A DNA stretch of 64,000 nt from Rhynchobatus australiae (Eukaryota), in assembly GCA_034780895.1 (NCBI GenBank), contig JAUZTB010000087.1, positions 38,946,026-39,010,025 of the forward strand, given 5' to 3'. The first letter of the stretch is position 1. Each line of letters opens with the position of its first letter. Shown here piece after piece: positions 11,786-23,900 of this stretch. A program made the position numbers and the translations under genes. Below the pieces are notes generated by a model. That model was not told the DNA's origin. It was given only the letters and a program-made list of their open reading frames with translations, and searched no databases.

Positions 11786-13654
11786 AGCATTGGCACTACA
11801 GTTCTCTCAGTCTTCCTTGGTTGGAACTGAAAAATCAAACAGAAACTCAGTTTTGTTTTCCTTCCCACTGACTGGAATCAAATAGGCATTGTAGATATTA
11901 TTTGGGGATAGGATACTTCTCAGTATCATATATGAAAATTCAACATCCAGATGTAATTATTGGCAGTTTTAATGAGGAACATCGGAATGTGTAAGATGGG
12001 TCATTGGCCTCTCAGTTCTTTTCATTAAATTCACACTTCTCTGTACTCCCAATTACCAATCTTGGACTGCTGTCTCTAATACCATTATCTAACAAAAAAT
12101 CAAATCACTGAAGTTTTCAGTTGACCCAGCCTTTAACTGCTTTATTGGAGAGAGATTGGGGAAAAGGTCTTCTTGGAACCAGTAAGTAAATGGAATGGTC
12201 TAAAGTGGATGGAAGATGAACTCTTGCAATGATCTCTGAAAGGATGTGAAAGAGACTGAAGAATTATTCCATTCCATTTGGTATTTTATTTTTCCCCTAT
12301 AAATACAGTCACTGAGGACAAAATCCCAGAGCCTTTTATCCTTGAACTGATTCCACATTGCTCTGTATTGCTAAATCTGATATATTTCAGGGCCCCATAA
12401 AAAATTGGTTCATTTGTGAATGTCTTGTGAGAGCCACCTTCAAGTATCTCTGATCATTTTGGTTATTTAAGCTCGTGCTTCTCCTGAGCCTTTCACACTG
12501 CATCACGACATTCAGCTGGAATACTGAACATAGTTATGGAACGTAGATGAGCTGCAAATTAAAACACACAAGCAGTAGATATTCCGTAGATCATGAACTG
12601 TAGAATTGTGTACGTGTTCCCCAAGCATCACTTCATCTGGTGTATCACATGCTATAAATAAGATTGAAGCTTATACCTCTATAAATCTATACTATTTACA
12701 TCCAGAGTACAACACAGAGAAACAAACAATTCTACCAATCTGGGCTCTTGTTCCATATAAGCCTCCTTTGTCCCCACTTCACCCGGAGAGCATTTCATTC
12801 TATTCCTTCCTCCCTCAAGTAGTCATCTAGGTTCCCTTAATTGGAACTATACTATTTGCTTCTACTCCTAATTGTGATAGCATGTCCAATATTTATACCA
12901 CCCTTTGGGCAGAGGAGTGTCTGATTTCCATTTTGGAATTATTAGTTACTACTTATTATGAGGCTTTGGATTCTAGCACAAGTGAATATATTTCCTCTGC
13001 ACATATCAAGCTCTTTCTTTAAGATCTTTATCATATTACCCCCCCCATCCTCCTTCCAGAAAAGCTGCTCTCAGAATTAGTGTGGATTAAGTCCATTTAA
13101 AGGCATGGTGGAAGCGATCTTCACTGTGCAACAGCTCTAAGAGAAATGTAGGAGGCAGTATCAGCCACTATACAAAGTCTTCTTCAATCTCACTAAAGCC
13201 TTTGACTCCAACTAGGACGGACTAAGGAACAGTCCCCCACCTCCACCCCCAAATGTGGCTGCCCACAGAAATTTATTTTGATTTTTATGTCTGCTTCAGT
13301 GATGTAAACCATGATCCGAACTAACAAATATATTAAAGAGCCAATCTCAGTGAAGAACAGTTTCAAGCAAGGCTGTATCCCTGTCCCAGTACTTTTCTCA
13401 ATCTTTCTGCGTTGTTGCATCTCACTCCAGCAAACATCTCATGGGGGTGGATCTTCAAAATGAATAGGAAACTCTTCAATCTTCAGAATCTACACTCCAG
13501 AATTAAGTTTACTCAAACCTCAGTAGTCAGATTCAATATGCAGGAGACATTTGCACTTGCACAGGTATGCAGGCCAAGCTCCAGGCTATCATTAGCTAAT
13601 TCACTGAAACACACAAGCAGATGGTCCTTGTACTCAATATCTGCAAGACAAGGT

Positions 13655-14142
13655 TGATTGGAATAGGTTGTTTGTGGGCAAAGGGACATCTGGCAAAGGG
13701 TTTTATAAGGCTTTATGGGTGGAGCTGAGAAATAAGAAGGGGATGATCACCTTGTTGGGGTTATACTCTAGGCCTCCATATAGTCAATGGGAATTTGAGT
13801 AACTAATATGTAGAGAGATTGTGGAGAGTTGCAAGATTAATAGGATTGTCATATTAGGGGATTTTAACTTTCTGAACTTAATCTGGGACTGCTGCAGTGT
13901 TAATGGTTTAGATGGGGTGGAATTTGTTCAGGAAAGTTTCTTAAGGCAATAATATAGAGGACCTTACTAGGGGGAAGGCAAAGCTCAATTTATTCTGAGG
14001 TAATAAGGTAGGGCAAGTGACTGAGGTGACAGCTGCGAGTGTTTTGGGATCAGTGACCATAGTTCTATTAACTTTAAAATAGTTATGGAAAGGGATAGAA
14101 CTGGTCTGCAGGTTCAAATTCTAAATTGGAGCAAGGTAGATT
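13655..14142 (+). mobile_element. CR1 ORF2 endonuclease-domain fragment (pseudogenised)
   Basis: Remnants of RPP, VILGDFNF and GISDHSSINFKI (APE endonuclease motifs), with frameshifts. Confidence 0.75.
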
Positions 14143-14242
14143 NNNNNNNNNNNNNNNNNNNNNNNNNNNNNNNNNNNNNNNNNNNNNNNNNNNNNNNNNN
14201 NNNNNNNNNNNNNNNNNNNNNNNNNNNNNNNNNNNNNNNNNN

Positions 14243-14345
14243 GTGGAAAACACAATGATGTTGGAGGATCTCAGCAGGCTTGCTGAGTTCCTCCAGCATC
14301 ATAGTGTTTTTCGCCTAGATTCCAGCATCTGCAGTCCTTTTATTT
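14243..14345. mobile_element. Penelope-like terminal repeat fragment forming a hairpin
   Basis: 30-bp inverted arms (14247-14276 and 14281-14310) of the same family as the copies at 49258 and 55940. Confidence 0.6.
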
Positions 14346-17300
14346 CTCTTTCTTTACAGGTGGTAACATTTCTGTGAATCTTTTTTGCATCATCACCATT
14401 GTTTCTTTACTCTCCTCTGCGCAGCATGTCCATTGTGATCTAATCAAGGGCAGTTCCATCTCTGTTTCTCATTTCTTTGACTCTAGCAAAGAGCACCAGT
14501 GATTGCCTTGCATTTTTATGGCTTTATTAATCTGCTTTGCTGGTTTTAGTGATTTATGTGTCGAGATATCTAGGTTTTATTATAATGATTAAAATCACTT
14601 GTGAAAATGTGGATTATTGCAGTCCCCTTTAGCAATTCCCCAGTTCTCCCACTATAACATCTTAGTCATCCAGTTTCAAAATGCCAGCTCTAGGTTAACT
14701 AAACACATTCTCCTCCTTGACTCAAAGATGGAACACTAAGATACTCATGTACAAACATGTCATGACTCAATGTTCAGTGGATGAAACTTTTTGAGATAAT
14801 CTGAAGTTCTATTTTATTGCAGTGACATATATTTACACAAAATTTATCCTCAGCTTATTAAACAGGTGGTAAAAAAGTTAGCTATACTTTGCCTTGTCAT
14901 GTTCATTCTACATATGTATAGCTACCCACAATCGCCATCAGGTAAATCTCTCTGATGCTCTCAAAAGGAAGCTTGAATAGTTGTGGTCTACAATTTTTAT
15001 TTTCTACAAAATTAGAGCATTGTTTGTAGTTTTGAGGAACAATTAAAAATGTTGGAATGGAATTTTGCAGAAGTTATTGTTCTCCTTCCTGTATCCCAGG
15101 TTTGATTCATAACACAGAGCAATCTATGAAAATGCAGTTGTAGTTCAGTGTAAACATTAACCCTGTCTTACCTAAAGTATTTAACTAATGACAATAATGA
15201 CTAGAGAAGTTCATTATTATAGTATTGATCATCACAGAGTAATATTTTGAAATGTTGCATTGTCTGTCATCTTACAATTTATTTATTTTCCAGCCTATTT
15301 ATCATTCCTTATATTTATAATTTACAAGATGCCCAAATATCAATGCATTAGGTTTTGAAGTGGCAAAGAGTAGAGCTCATTTTTACTTTCACATTAAGAG
15401 TTGCTGCTGTTATTTTTTATCTTCTGTGTGACCCCATGATGTGTTTACTAGGGGAAAAAAAGTTTTTTTTCCACAATCACTGATTCACCTTTTTGGGTGA
15501 TTTCTAAAAGATTTATTTTCAAATTATTACTGGTGTTAATATCTTTAAGGTGAGTAACAGAATTCTCATAACCATCCAAATTANNNNNNNNNNNNNNNNN
15601 NNNNNNNNNNNNNNNNNNNNNNNNNNNNNNNNNNNNNNNNNNNNNNNNNNNNNNNNNNNNNNNNNNNNNNNNNNNNNNNNNNNAATGAATATATTATTGC
15701 AAATGCATGTGTATATTTATTAATGCACCCCAAAAGAGCAACATAATTAATTTGACTGAGTCACATGGGACTACTTGGGATATCATGCCAAGTTGGGATC
15801 TCATTGGATATCAGTGGGATAAAGGCTAGAGATCTGTTGAAATCCACAAGTGCTTTAATGCAGCATCCAATTGTTCAGAAATCCTAAAGGTTTGGCATCT
15901 GGCTCATTCATTAGTTCAGACTGTGAGCCGGGGGCAGAGTTGGATTTAGTATGCAGCCAGAGCCAAAATTGGGGTCCAGAACAGCAGCGGTCAAAAACAC
16001 GGAAGGTTTGCGACCGGAACCAGAGTCCAGAGTGCTTGTATATTTTCCTCTCCCTTTAAACATCAGTGCACTGGAAGATGTATTATATCTCCATGTAACA
16101 TGTAAAAAAATTAAAATGGAGTAACATCCAATAATCCATAAATCTGCTGGTCCAGCACAACCAAAATCCCAGGGGTGACGAATCATCAAGTTTTACCATA
16201 TAACTGCATCAATTAATTAATTTATCAGAGCAGCAGCATCATTCTCTGGCTTTCTTCAACTAAAGTCTTGCTATTATCAAAAAAACTGTGGGTGCTTGAG
16301 TTATGTGCTGATGTACAACATGACACCAAAATTCTATAGTCCCTGACACTGCATTCATATCTTGTAGCTCCGTCAGTAACAGCAAAAAAGATGAAAAATG
16401 TCCTCTCAGTAATATACTGCTCATTATACCCTAGCTTTGTGTGATTCTCAGCAGGGGTAATGGTAGCTGTGTCATGATTAGCCTTTGCTTAAAAAAGGGT
16501 AGAGCAAAGTCAGACAATCTCAGTTCAGATTGCTGAATGTTGCTATTATTGCCTAGCCTGCTAACACTCACAATTTAGTGAAGAGTTTTACATTGGTAAA
16601 GTACTGAAGGGCAATTAGTGCCATAAAACCATTCCCACAATGAACATGAGTTAGGGAGAAAAATGAAATTAAGTTAAAATGAAAGTTTTTATCTTTCTTG
16701 GCAGAGCAGTGATTTTATTTCATAAATAATCCATCTGTATCTGGAAGATTTCTGGCCCTATCCTAGCCACTTGATCTTAGGGAAGGGTTTAGACAAATTA
16801 TTACTGCTTTTGCATAGTTTCAGGGCAAAATCAGCTCTGAGTGTAAATATAAGACTCCATGTAAAAATCAGTCAACTGAACATAGGAATAATGTCGATGA
16901 GAAAAAAAGAAATCTAATATCTTAAAAAGTAGTGTTATAAAAGAGGGTCTGTGCTCTTCTGGACACATCTGCTTTGATTTCAGATTCCTGATGTATAAGT
17001 TTGTAGATATCACTATTCATTTCAATTATTATAAACTTTTTTTATCGGTGGGTATGTCATCTCAAATGCACATCAGGGATTCAAAAATATGTGCATGATA
17101 TTCATTAAGTCCAGTTCTGCTCCTTGAATTAGTGAATGGGATAGATATGGAATCTTGTTTCCCAGAAATAAAAAGCTACCACAAAATATACCTTTTGAAA
17201 TATTCTTTGAACTGTTTAATAGTACTTGAGTAAACTCTAGCTCAGAAAATAATTGTGGAAGTTTAAATATTACCTAAAGGATTTAATGGCAAGATGTAGA

Positions 17301-18434
17301 ATTTGAAAACAGTGAAAAGTTATTGAACCAGTTAAATATTGTATTCATTCTAAAAGCAAATAAATGAGTAAAATATTAAAGCTTAGAAATTCATCCCTGG
17401 TCAGAATGCTGAATATACCACAATGTGGCATCAGCCATATTCTTGAATTTCGGAGGCAGAATATTATATGCGAACTCATAGATCTTCGAATTATAACTTT
17501 GACACACCCCAAAAAATCCTGAATAGAAAGTAATGTTATTAATGTATAAATCTACTAAATATTGAAAACTATGTTATTTTTATGTAGGTACAGTTGCTTA
17601 ACTTTGAGTAAACATCTAAGTATAAGGAATACATTTCATATTAATGCAATCCAATCAGAAAATGGTGGAAATGGTAGATTTCTTGATTGTGAAATAGGAT
17701 TTTGTTACCAGTCCAGGGAGATTTGAATCATGATGTCAAATGTTCGTTGACAAATATTGCAATGCAGCTTAGATGTTTTTAGTTTCTGGTTGTCAGAAAA
17801 TTCCATTTGATTAACAAGGTGAAAGAAGAAATTTCAAAATGCATTCTTTCTTTTTGAAGGTTGATTGTGGGGTCAAGAACTTAGATAAGTGAGAACCTTC
17901 TATTCGTGCTTCATGTGGCAAGATGCAAGCAATCTGACCAAGAGTCTAATTTACCATATTTTCTGGCAAGGAGGTCACAATTGATGTTCATTTACACAAA
18001 ACTCTTATTAAGGTAGGGCAGGTATTGGAATTGGAGGGGAGGGATCCAGTAGTTGGGGGAGTAGGGAATTAGAGGGAAAATCCCATTGTCTTTCAGTTTA
18101 GTGATTCTGGAATTAGCTCTTGAGACTTGAAATCTCTTGATTGATTTTGTGATATATTGACATCAAATTAATGTTCAAAAATGAAAGACCATGGAGAAAT
18201 CTGAATAGATAATGTGCCTGTCATTCTTTGTGTGAAAGTATGACTGGATTGACAGTGTAAACAGAGCACCTTGCAAATTGTGAAAAGAAATCAATGGAAC
18301 TTCCATGACAGTACAAGCTCCTTGCTGGAAAAGCATGGTACTCTGAACAGATTACTCATTCTTGTTTGCTTCACAGCCTTTGCCTTTTATTTATTTATTC
18401 ATGTTTCTGCTGCTTTCTTTGCAATTCTTTGGAG

Positions 18435-18524
18435 GCACTGAAAGCGGCCGGAGTTCACCTTATTATAGCCAGCTAGACATCAAGCCAAGTCCTGTCCAGA
18501 CTCCTATACATTTCCATATACCAG
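18435..18524 (+). CDS. ABLIM3: ABLIM3 symmetric exon (G-TESGRSSPYYSQLDIKPSPVQTPIHFHIP), phase 1-1
   Basis: 90 nt, donor gtagga, acceptor is GAG after a long U-rich tract. Matches ABLIM3 GPESGRSSPYHSQLD...HFHIP. Confidence 0.88.
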
Positions 18525-18929
18525 GTAGGAGCTTACGCATTCACCAGCATGGCTTGAATGCATTAGACAAAATAATAGAATTTCTATTTTACATTAAGCT
18601 GATAGTTTCAAATGTAAAATTGCACACAACAAAAATCAATAGCTGTTGCACAGAGACATGAAGATTTGGGCTCAGTGGGAAACAACATTAACCATTTTGA
18701 TTCTGAGTTAGAAAGTTTCAAATCAATTATTAAACACTGCCTATAAATAGATGACTGCATGTTCATCTCAGTAAATTATTTGGAGTGAGATTCCACATGC
18801 ATAAGACTGTTGCCAAATGCAGAAATACATAGAGATGCTGTGGTGACTTGGTAGGAAAATATATTTGTTCACCAACCTATACAGAGAAAACAAATTGCCA
18901 CAAGGAAGAAGGTCTATGCAAATCTAGAT

Positions 18930-19155
18930 GGCAAGGGTAGTGGCACAAGTAAATTCCACTACAGTGAGGTTCCCCTCCAAGTAACACCCATTCCTCACTT
19001 GGAAATTTATTATCACTTCTTTATCAACGCTGGGTCGAAATCCTGGAATTCCCCACTCACAAGCACTGTGGAGCTAACTTCTGTTCAAGACAACCACAAT
19101 TCAAGAAGGCCGATTCTTCTACTTTCTCAAGGGTACATGGTTTCCAGCATCCCAT
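18930..19155 (+). mobile_element. 3' fragment of the second LINE family (same as 59630-60620)
   Basis: cacttggaaat...aaatcctggaattcccc...ttcaagaaggc...ttctcaaggg matches the reverse complement of 59690-59850. Confidence 0.6.
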
Positions 19156-20892
19156 AAAATAACTTTTAAAATATTCCTGTCATCATCAATTCCCAATCTC
19201 AGTCAAAAGGAGTTGGGAAGCACAAAGTTATGGAGCAGAGTTGCAATAATTTCCTCAAAAGAGAAATGTATTGAGTCGTTCATCCTTCAGAATTCTTGCA
19301 CACAGTGCACTGAAGTTGGAAATGGAGATGATTATGTATAGCAAATGCAGGAAGCTCATGGGTAAAGAGTTCAGTTGGAAAGACTTGTAAACAGAGTATC
19401 CTTCTGCTGTACGTTTGGTACTTATATTTTCTCATAGAGCTCCGAATTAGAAGAAAACAGTTTTTACCCTTTCCTCAAACACAGCTATGTTGCACAAAAG
19501 GTTCCCATGATTGCCCATTACTTAACCTTTCCAGATCTATAATGTTAGTTAGAAATAAATATATTGTCAAACTTATAACTGTCAAAGAACTAAAGCAGCT
19601 ATTTTCACATGACTGATCATGGCTTAAATTGAAAATACCTACATTTAGAGATAAGTCTGTATTCTTAAAGAAAATACAGATGCATTAAGTAAGTGGCTGA
19701 TTTTTACATGTAATTATTTACATGTACTTAATGACATTCATGGTATTTTCACATGTCCCAGGCATGTGACATCTTTTGCATTTATGTATGTCTCATTCAT
19801 TATGTCAAAACATTTCAAAAGGCAATAAGAAAGTGCATCCCCATTGGCACTTTACCATGCTTCCAGAGCAGGATAATAATGTAGCTTTACCCCAGCAGGT
19901 CCCAGCAGTGGTATACTGCTAAACAGATGGAAATTATTAAGATTGTTGCCTAGCTCACTTATTCATTTTCTAGAGTAAAAAGCAACACTGACAATAAGTT
20001 TGGAAAATCTATATAGAATGTTAGCGTTCAAGGGTCAAATCTACATTTGGGTCACTGCCTTACAATAACTTCTTAGTATATCTCCATTTTTGCCTTTTAA
20101 TATGTGATACACAACCTATGGAATATGATAGTCATTAATGATCAGTTGTAAGCTTACTTCATATAGGCTCTGAATGTTGACAGAGTTGCTTTATCAAACA
20201 AATATGCAGCATTTTGTTTATGCCATGAATGTGCCAATATTTTGCATCATTTATTTGTCTGTTGGCTTTCTGGTGATTTTCTTTTCAGTGGAACTTGCAC
20301 AGTATGTAATTGTACAGTCGAGCACCGTTACTACAATGCAATGCCAAGCTCGAGGATCATGTCCACATGCCGTTCCGATCATTGGATTTGCTTCCTTTAT
20401 TTATAAGGCCACTTTCATGGCATATTACAAGAAGAAATACCTCAAAAACATAGCAAGTAAAATGAATTAACCCACAAAATATAGACCGTTAATTTTGTTG
20501 GAAATTTTGGATATCACCACAATTCAAGAAGTATCAAATTGACATGTGTATCAGATCCAGCATTGATTTTATACTTTAAGTAAAATAAGTTATGAAACAG
20601 GACTAAAATAAAATTTTATGTATTTATGATGTATTATTAAGATCCAATAGCTAACTGAAGTAAGATTTTCTTGATTAATGCTATTTCAGTATAAATCACT
20701 ATTCTATATGACGAACTATATTGGATTTTGCAGGTTAAGTTGTATTANNNNNNNNNNNNNNNNNNNNNNNNNNNNNNNNNNNNNNNNNNNNNNNNNNNNN
20801 NNNNNNNNNNNNNNNNNNNNNNNNNNNNNNNNNNNNNNNNNNNNNNNAGTTGTATTAACAATCACTATCCTTGCTTTCTTCTTTTTCTTCAG

Positions 20893-20946
20893 CAAGTGGA
20901 GAAATTTCTAATATCTACCGGAAGCCCCCTATCTATAAGCGACATG
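20893..20946 (+). CDS. ABLIM3: ABLIM3 exon (A-SGEISNIYRKPPIYKRH), phase 1-1
   Basis: Acceptor ttctttttcttcag, donor gtacta; 54 nt. Contains the conserved ABLIM/dematin motif NIYRKPPIYK. Confidence 0.95.
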
Positions 20947-23900
20947 GTACTATCTGCATGATTCTTACACAAATCTTTTGATGTTTGCATTATTTATAAA
21001 ATGTAGAGTTAGTTCAGTAAATTCCAGTTAAACTAGAGCTGATGAGTTAAATTCAACTTTAAGAATAATTCCTCATTTATTACCAAGTGGCTCTGATGTA
21101 GAGAATTTCTCTGTACTTCAGTTTTTGGATAACATATTCAGTCCACATCCCTTTCTTATGGATTTTGAAAAAGTAGATTTTCATACATTATTCTGCATCA
21201 ATATTCCATGCAACTCCAGACCATTTCAGAGAAAATAGTGAACATCCTTATGATTAATATACTTTATTAGGACTTATTTTCACCAAAGGAAATTATTAGC
21301 TTAGTCTACTTCAAACTGACTACCAACATCTGGATCTTTCTTTTTTATTTTGAACNNNNNNNNNNATTAGAACTGAGTGTTCAGTGACGTTATACAGGAC
21401 AATGTGTGTGCTGCTGTTAATGATTTTCAGGGAGATCAGTGATAATTAAGTGTGGCAGAACTGAACCTGATAATGAAATGCATTCAACTGACTGCTTGAC
21501 AAACAGGCTGCTCCCTGCATATCTTTCTTTTTTATTTTGAACCAGCAGAGAAAGTTTGTCAGTTTTTTCCTCCTGATATTTCTTTTTGCATCAATCACCA
21601 ATTCAATCTGGTTTGCAACCTATATGAAAAAAACAAATGACATGAGAAGGCAACTTCTCTCATCATCTTGTGGATGAGTATCATTTCACTACATCTGAAG
21701 CAAAAAATAAGAAACCCTGTGTCATTCCATTGTTTGGGCACCAATGTAATTGACAGATTCATTAATATGTCCATTATTAAACCTTTTTTTCATGCTAAAT
21801 AATGGCAAGAGGCTGCATCTTTATTAATTAATCCATCATCTAAATAAATATTAGAAATCTGTAATTTAAAATAAAAATATTTCCCAGGTGAAGTAAGCAA
21901 TAATTCGTAATCACTTATTTGTCACTGTACCTATACATTAAAGTAATAGTGATGGGAAAGGCATTGTTTTCTATTTTTTTGTAATTGATATAAGACAAAT
22001 TAAAACCTACAATTCAGTATGGAACTGTAAAATAAAAATAGACATTAATTTGCACTATGTTACCCTCTGCACCACCCTGCAAAAGGGGTATTTTCTCTTC
22101 AGTATATATTTTTTTTCTTCTTTACCCCTTTGCTTATGTTCCTCACTCTGATGCTTGTCTCTTTTCCTGCCTGCTAACTGGGCCTTGGTTCATCAATATG
22201 CTGTAAGTAAACTTGGTTACTTTCATACATTTGTTCAGTGTCTGAATTTCAATGTATGTCTCTTACAGAAATAAGAGCTTCTAAATCAACAGTCTGTCTC
22301 TGATTTTATATCATTGAGAGGAATGCAGTTATGGTTACAAAGATACTAAGAGGATTTACTTTATTGAGAATAGTACATTGAGATCATTTGAAGCAGCAAA
22401 TTCATATCTAAAAAAATTCTCTCCAGCAATATAATTTCCCTAGAGTTGTAATTAATCCAAGATTAATTAATTTTAAGAGCATGGTTTGTACCTTCAGTAG
22501 CATGCAAATACTAGGTTCATACCATGGTGAACTCCGTTCTATATTTCTGCATCCTTGTTTATTATTGACAAATAAATGTAATACTTGCATTTATTATCAT
22601 TGGGACAATGGATATTTCAAGAATGTATTTTAAGTAAAATAATCTTATTGGCTAGAGTAACTGGTAGGAAGATGGATTATTAACTTGGTACCAAAAATGT
22701 ACTATGTTATTGGCTATCAATAGCATGTGAACTATTGGATGATTGGTTATGTATTATAGAAGGAAATAAGTCTACAAAAATTACAATGGTTAGTAAATAA
22801 TCTAATACCAAGGCATATGTGATGGGGAATTGTATCACATATGTTAAAATAATGATGTCANNNNNNNNNNNNNNNNNNNNNNNNNNNNNNNNNNNNNNNN
22901 NNNNNNNNNNNNNNNNNNNNNNNNNNNNNNNNNNNNNNNNNNNNNNNNNNNNNNNNNNNNGGGTTACTTAGGGTCCTTTGCAATTCCATATGAATTTGAG
23001 GATTGCTTTTCCATTTGGACATGGTGCACAAGGCATCATGCACATCAAGGGCAGAACTGCTAGGCCTTTGCTGCAGCTGTGCTCAGAACTGCGCATAGGC
23101 TCAGGGGTCTCATGAGAAGCACAAGTTTACTTACATGACGTCTTGGCATGGCAGGAGCGTTGAAAGTGTCAGGTCTCAATTTTGGACATCATGGCAACAA
23201 AGCTAGAGACCAACAGGTGAGATGGACACCTTCAGGCAGGCCTTCTTTCTTCTGTGACCAAGCTCCATCCTGTCACACATTCCCAGTCCAATGATCCAGC
23301 AGGAACAACTGTGCTTTGCATAAAGGTTACTCCAGTGTCAACGGACTAGTATACTGATGCATCAGGCACATGGAAGTTTACAATTTAATTTTCTGTTGTG
23401 CATTGTGTGTATTAAGGTTTGCAGTGATTGACTCAGTAGCACATAAAAAGCATACACAACACAATACTATTAATAAATAACAAAAGGCCAGGATTATCAC
23501 TAATAAGATACCCAGGTCCCATAATCTTAATAATTGTGAGAAAATACCAAAAATAGCAGTGGGCATTTGGAAGTCAGAATTATTTTGACTCAAAATTAAT
23601 TCTCATCCTTTCCTGCAAAGCCTTTCCTAGTCAACACTACTCCTGTGACTTACTGCTTTAGCCCTTGTGACCTAACTTTCATAAATCCGACAGTTTGTTT
23701 TCAGGTGCCCCCTTTTGAGCAGACAGTCTGACAGTGAGATGTTAATGAGAGTCAATCATTAAAACGGGCTGGGTATCATACTGCACCTCCTAGTTGGGCA
23801 ACTCATAAATCCTATCTACCCGCCCAGGATCTCAAATCTGCCTTCAAGCATGGGATTGTGTCCTTACTTTGATGAATAAATCTTGCCTGTATATCAGTGC

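Noticed and set aside
15511-15555. aag|gtgagt strong donor or recursive-splice-like site
   Set aside because: The upstream acceptor is poor, the candidate 39-nt exon has an in-frame stop and no ABLIM similarity, and the intron is short for recursive splicing.
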